From Nemertoderma westbladi (Eukaryota; Animalia; Xenacoelomorpha): a DNA stretch of 64,000 nt. Location: the NCBI GenBank assembly GCA_032718475.1, contig JAUCBJ010005407.1:1-64000 (forward strand), read 5' to 3'. Below are positions 63,001-64,000 of this stretch, one piece after another; positions within the stretch are counted from its first letter, which is position 1; the number at the start of each line of letters is the position of its first letter. Made by a program: the position numbers and the translations under genes. Under the pieces are notes generated by a model. The model was not told the DNA's origin and did not search any database. It saw only the letters and a program-made list of their open reading frames with translations.

Positions 63001-64000
63001 TACATAGAAATCTAAGTATTCTCGATAACATCGAAGCGATTCTCGAACTGGATTCGTAGTGAACCCATATACAACGTTAGATTCTGGGTTTTACATAGAA
63101 ATCTAAGTATTGTCGATAACATCGAAGTGATTCTCGAACTGGATTCCTAGGGAACCCATATACAACGTTAGATTCTGGGTTTTACATAGAAATCTAAGTA
63201 CAGTATTCTCGATAATATCGAAGTGATTCTCGAACTGGATTCGTAGTAAACCCATATACAACGTTAGATTCTGGGTTTTACATAGAAATCTAAGTATTCT
63301 CGATAACATCGAAGCGATTCTCGAACTGGATTCGTAGTGAACCCATATACAACGTTAGATTCTGGGTTTTACATAGAAATCTAAGTATTCTCGATAACAT
63401 CGAAGCAATTCTCGAACTGGATTCGTAGTGAACCCATATACAACGTTAGATTCTGGGTTTTACATAGAAATCTAAGTATTCTCGATAACATCGAAGCGAT
63501 TCTCGAACTGGATTCGTAGTCACCCATATACAACGTTAGATTCTGGGTTTTACATAGAAATCTAAGTATTCTCGATAACATCGAAGTGATTCTCGAACTG
63601 GATTCGTAGTGAACCCATATACAACGTTAGATTCTGGGTTTTACATAGAAATCTAAGTATTCTCGATAACATCGAAGCGATTCTCGAACTGGATTCATAG
63701 TGAACCCATATACAATGTTAGATTCTGGGTTTTACATAGAAATCTAAGTATTCTCGATAACATCGAAGTGATTCTCGAACTGGATTCGTAGTGAACCCAT
63801 ATACAACGTTAGATTCTGGGTTTTACATAGAAATCTAAGTATTCTCGATAACATCGAAGCGATTCTCGAACTGAATTCGTAGTGAACCCATATACAATGT
63901 TAGATTCTGGGTTTTACATAGAAATCTAAGTATTCTCGATAACATCGAAGCGATTCTCGAACTGGATTCTTAGTGAACCCATATACAACGTTAGAATCTG
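60098..64000. repeat. 91-bp satellite, right part (~43 copies, runs off the window)
   Basis: Same unit resumes in register after the transposon. Confidence 0.97.

Overview
A 64-kb heterochromatin-like window from a eukaryote, probably an invertebrate animal (inferred from the LINE clades and the AT-rich background). I can support no intact host gene. About 60% is tandem DNA from seven unrelated families, with units of 43, 41, 23, 26/19, 44/37, 17 and 91 bp. The rest is mobile-element debris: a 5'-truncated RTE LINE with a (TAG)n tail and 13-bp TSD, an 87-bp TAG-tailed retroposon with a 10-bp TSD, and several L2/CR1-group and Proto2/RTEX-like fragments. A 1.97-kb non-autonomous TIR transposon (4-bp TSD, GGG termini) is inserted in the 91-bp satellite. 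The most striking structure is a 14-kb cluster (20408-34642) of 11 copies or fragments of one non-coding rolling-circle-type element. It combines canonical Helitron ends (5'-TC, 3' hairpin plus CTAG/CTCG, followed by T) with Helentron/HINE-type asymmetric inverted repeats. Its interior carries RFX X-box-like palindromes about every 150 bp. Seven copies lie on the minus strand and four on the plus strand, diverging from a ~960-bp unique spacer. All long ORFs over the satellites are artefacts of repeat periodicity.
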